A DNA stretch of 64,000 nt from positions 1,504,001 to 1,568,000 of the forward strand of contig CAWCKY010000004.1 of assembly GCA_963796275.1 (NCBI GenBank), written 5' to 3'. This DNA is from an uncultured Acidobacteriota bacterium (GTDB taxonomy: Bacteria > Acidobacteriota > Blastocatellia > RBC074). The notes below the pieces were generated by a model that saw nothing but the letters and a program-made list of their open reading frames with translations, ran no database searches and was not told where the DNA came from. Below, piece by piece: positions 63,622 through 64,000 of the stretch. The first letter of the stretch is position 1, and each line of letters starts with the position of its first letter. The translations under genes and the position numbers were made by a program.

Positions 63622-64000
63622 ATGCGATTCATACGCTGGTTCTACACTATGCCGCTAAGGTTGCGCTCGCTCTTCCGTCGCAGACAAGTCGAGCAGGAAC
63701 TGGACGAGGAGCTCCGCTATCACATCGAGCGGCAAATTGAAGAACACATCGCCAAAGGTATGACACCGGAGGAAGCGCGATACACCGCTCTGCGCGCACT
63801 GGGCGGGATCGAGCAGAGAAAAGAGGAGTGCCGCGATCTGCGACGGGTGAGATTGATTGAAGATCTAATACAAGACCTCCGCTACGGGCTACGAACACTG
63901 CGCAAGAGTCCTGGAGTCACGGCAATTGCCATCCTCTCGCTTGCCCTCGGAATTGGAGCCAACACAGCTATCTTCAGCCTGATCAACGCGCTGATGTTGA
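63622..64000 (+). CDS. ADOP-family permease 5 (partial, runs off window)
   Basis: RBS AGGAGG; [36 protein letters not shown]...[12 protein letters not shown]; not in the ORF track. Confidence 0.9.
   Translation, partial: MRFIRWFYTMPLRLRSLFRRRQVEQELDEELRYHIERQIEEHIAKGMTPEEARYTALRALGGIEQRKEECRDLRRVRLIEDLIQDLRYGLRTLRKSPGVTAIAILSLALGIGANTAIFSLINALML

Noticed and set aside
1-64000. Integrase, transposase, Rep or ParAB that would define ICE versus plasmid
   Set aside because: None recognised; element type and boundaries cannot be fixed from this window, including whether the ADOP array is inside the element
52063-64000. Diversity-generating retroelement or shufflon behind the permease variation
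   Set aside because: No reverse transcriptase, no adenine-specific TR/VR pair, no invertase or inverted cassettes

Overview
The window is most of a large conjugative element, either a plasmid or an ICE. No integrase or rep gene is visible. The host is probably an Acidobacteriota member, inferred from the PadR + duplicated orphan permease (ADOP) content. 1-5.8 kb and 15-31 kb hold a divergently arranged type IV secretion/mobilisation region: VirB6-, B5-, B4-, B3-, B2-like genes and a lytic transglycosylase, then VirB8-, B9-, B10-like genes, a MoxR AAA+ ATPase where VirB11 would be expected, two related pilin-like proteins flanking VirD4, a ~1800-aa HUH relaxase and two RHH-like proteins. This region is split by an 8.7-kb cargo block bounded by ~135-bp degenerate direct repeats that resemble recombination sites. 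33.6-51.4 kb looks like a leading region. Its backbone genes are on the minus strand: SSB, a DdrB-like ssDNA-binding protein, an acidic protein with an SSB-like tail, a DUF6915-MoxR-VWA/metallopeptidase operon and a Cys-cluster protein. These are interrupted by cargo (VapBC, an orphan antitoxin, ADOP permeases, gene debris). 51.6-64 kb is a PadR-headed tandem array of five ADOP/MacB-like permeases. It shows padR 3'-end remnants between copies, near-identical N-terminal prefix coding sequence on divergent bodies, and a promoter/operator layout shared with the other ADOP loci. About 20 single frameshifts occur, including in core genes, and many are probably long-read indel errors. All calls come from reading motifs by eye; no database search was run.
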